A stretch of 64,000 nucleotides of DNA, taken from contig JBMFNR010000001.1 of assembly GCA_049970055.1 (NCBI GenBank), positions 96,001 through 160,000 of the forward strand. The letters are read 5' to 3'. This DNA is from Fervidobacterium sp. GTDB lineage: Bacteria > Thermotogota > Thermotogae > Thermotogales > Fervidobacteriaceae. The first letter of the stretch is position 1. Each line of letters opens with the position of its first letter. Both the position numbers and the translations under genes were made by a program. Of this stretch, positions 63,206 to 64,000 are shown one piece after another. The notes below the pieces were generated by a model. That model had not been told where the DNA came from and did not search any database. It saw only the letters and a program-made list of their open reading frames with translations.

Positions 63206-64000
63206 TTAATACTCTGGCATTTCAGGAGCCGCTGGTTTCTTTTCTTCTGGTTTTTCAACAACAAGTACTTCAGTTGTGAGTAGCATGCCAGCGATTGATG
63301 CAGCATTTTGTAACGCACTTCTTGTCACTTTTGCTGGGTCAATGATTCCACGTTCGTACATGTTGCAATATTCACCTTTCAGTGCATCGAAACCATAGGC
63401 TACATCATCTTTTGAGAGTACGTTGTGGATTATTATTGCACCATCGTAGCCTGCATTGAGAGCAATTTGTCTAATAGGTGCTTCAAGTGCGTTGTAAACA
63501 ATCTGTGCACCGAGCTTTTCGTCGCCACTGAGCTCGTTAAGCAGCGGTTCCAGAGCTTTTTTAGCTCTTAATAATGTTATTCCACCACCAGGAACGATAC
63601 CTTCTTCAACCGCTGCTCTTGTTGCACTAAGTGCATCTTCGATTCTGTGTTTCTTTTCCTTTGATTCTGTTTCCGTTGCTGCACCAACTTTGATTACTGC
63701 AACTCCACCTGCGAGTTTAGCCATTCTTTCTTGCAATGTTTCTTTTTCGTACTCGCTTGTTGTTTGTTCAATCTGGGCTTTGATCTGTGCAATTCTCTTC
63801 TTAATTTCCTCTGGTTTTCCTTTTCCACCAACAATTATTGTTTCGTCCTTTTTGACTCTTACAACGTCTGCTTTTCCGAGGTCTTGTAGAGTAAGATCTT
63901 CAAGGTTAATTCCAACCTCTTCGCTTGCAACAATACCACCCGTCAAGATAGCAATATCTTGGAGCATGGCTTTTCTTCTATCGCCAAATCCAGGAGCCTT
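63206..64000 (-). CDS. groL: Chaperonin GroEL, 3' part (5' end outside the window)
   Basis: [47 protein letters not shown] and [15 protein letters not shown]. Confidence 0.98.
   Translation of the reverse strand, partial: KAPGFGDRRKAMLQDIAILTGGIVASEEVGINLEDLTLQDLGKADVVRVKKDETIIVGGKGKPEEIKKRIAQIKAQIEQTTSEYEKETLQERMAKLAGGVAVIKVGAATETESKEKKHRIEDALSATRAAVEEGIVPGGGITLLRAKKALEPLLNELSGDEKLGAQIVYNALEAPIRQIALNAGYDGAIIIHNVLSKDDVAYGFDALKGEYCNMYERGIIDPAKVTRSALQNAASIAGMLLTTEVLVVEKPEEKKPAAPEMPEY

Overview
A gene-dense, AT-rich bacterial chromosomal segment, almost certainly from Thermotogota and most like Fervidobacterium. This assignment rests on the drrA-hpkA-pdp cluster, the glgD-glgC pair, the GGxGGTG-type Shine-Dalgarno (SD) sites, a GroEL tail lacking GGM repeats, and the Thermotoga-type DHFR and IspF. 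The window is core genome: about 55 CDS covering translation (alaS, serS, leuS, frr, smpB, gatC, an EF-G paralogue), cell envelope (mreB, murA, a CapD-like dehydratase, cdsA, uppS), isoprenoid and glycogen metabolism, DNA repair (uvrA, rdgB), a GH1 beta-glucosidase, a flagellar hook/motor operon and the 3' part of groL. I found no rRNA, tRNA, CRISPR array, prophage, IS element or defence system. The best candidate for an undescribed system is the ~150-nt 5' leader of mgtE (about 40272-40420). It has no recognisable M-box riboswitch. Instead it holds an SD-led 15-codon uORF ending in Pro-Pro-stop (MEYPSFSGASSSKPP*) inside a multi-stem RNA structure, reminiscent of the enterobacterial MgtL Mg2+-sensing leader peptide. 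Other oddities are a GNAT-like-IspF fusion, a possible ATC start codon for mgsA, a perfect Fur/PerR-like palindrome, a degenerate GGDEF protein inside the mreB-murA cluster, an orphan EetA/EetB-like pair, and very long FliK and FlgE. All family calls come from motif recognition by eye, not database searches.
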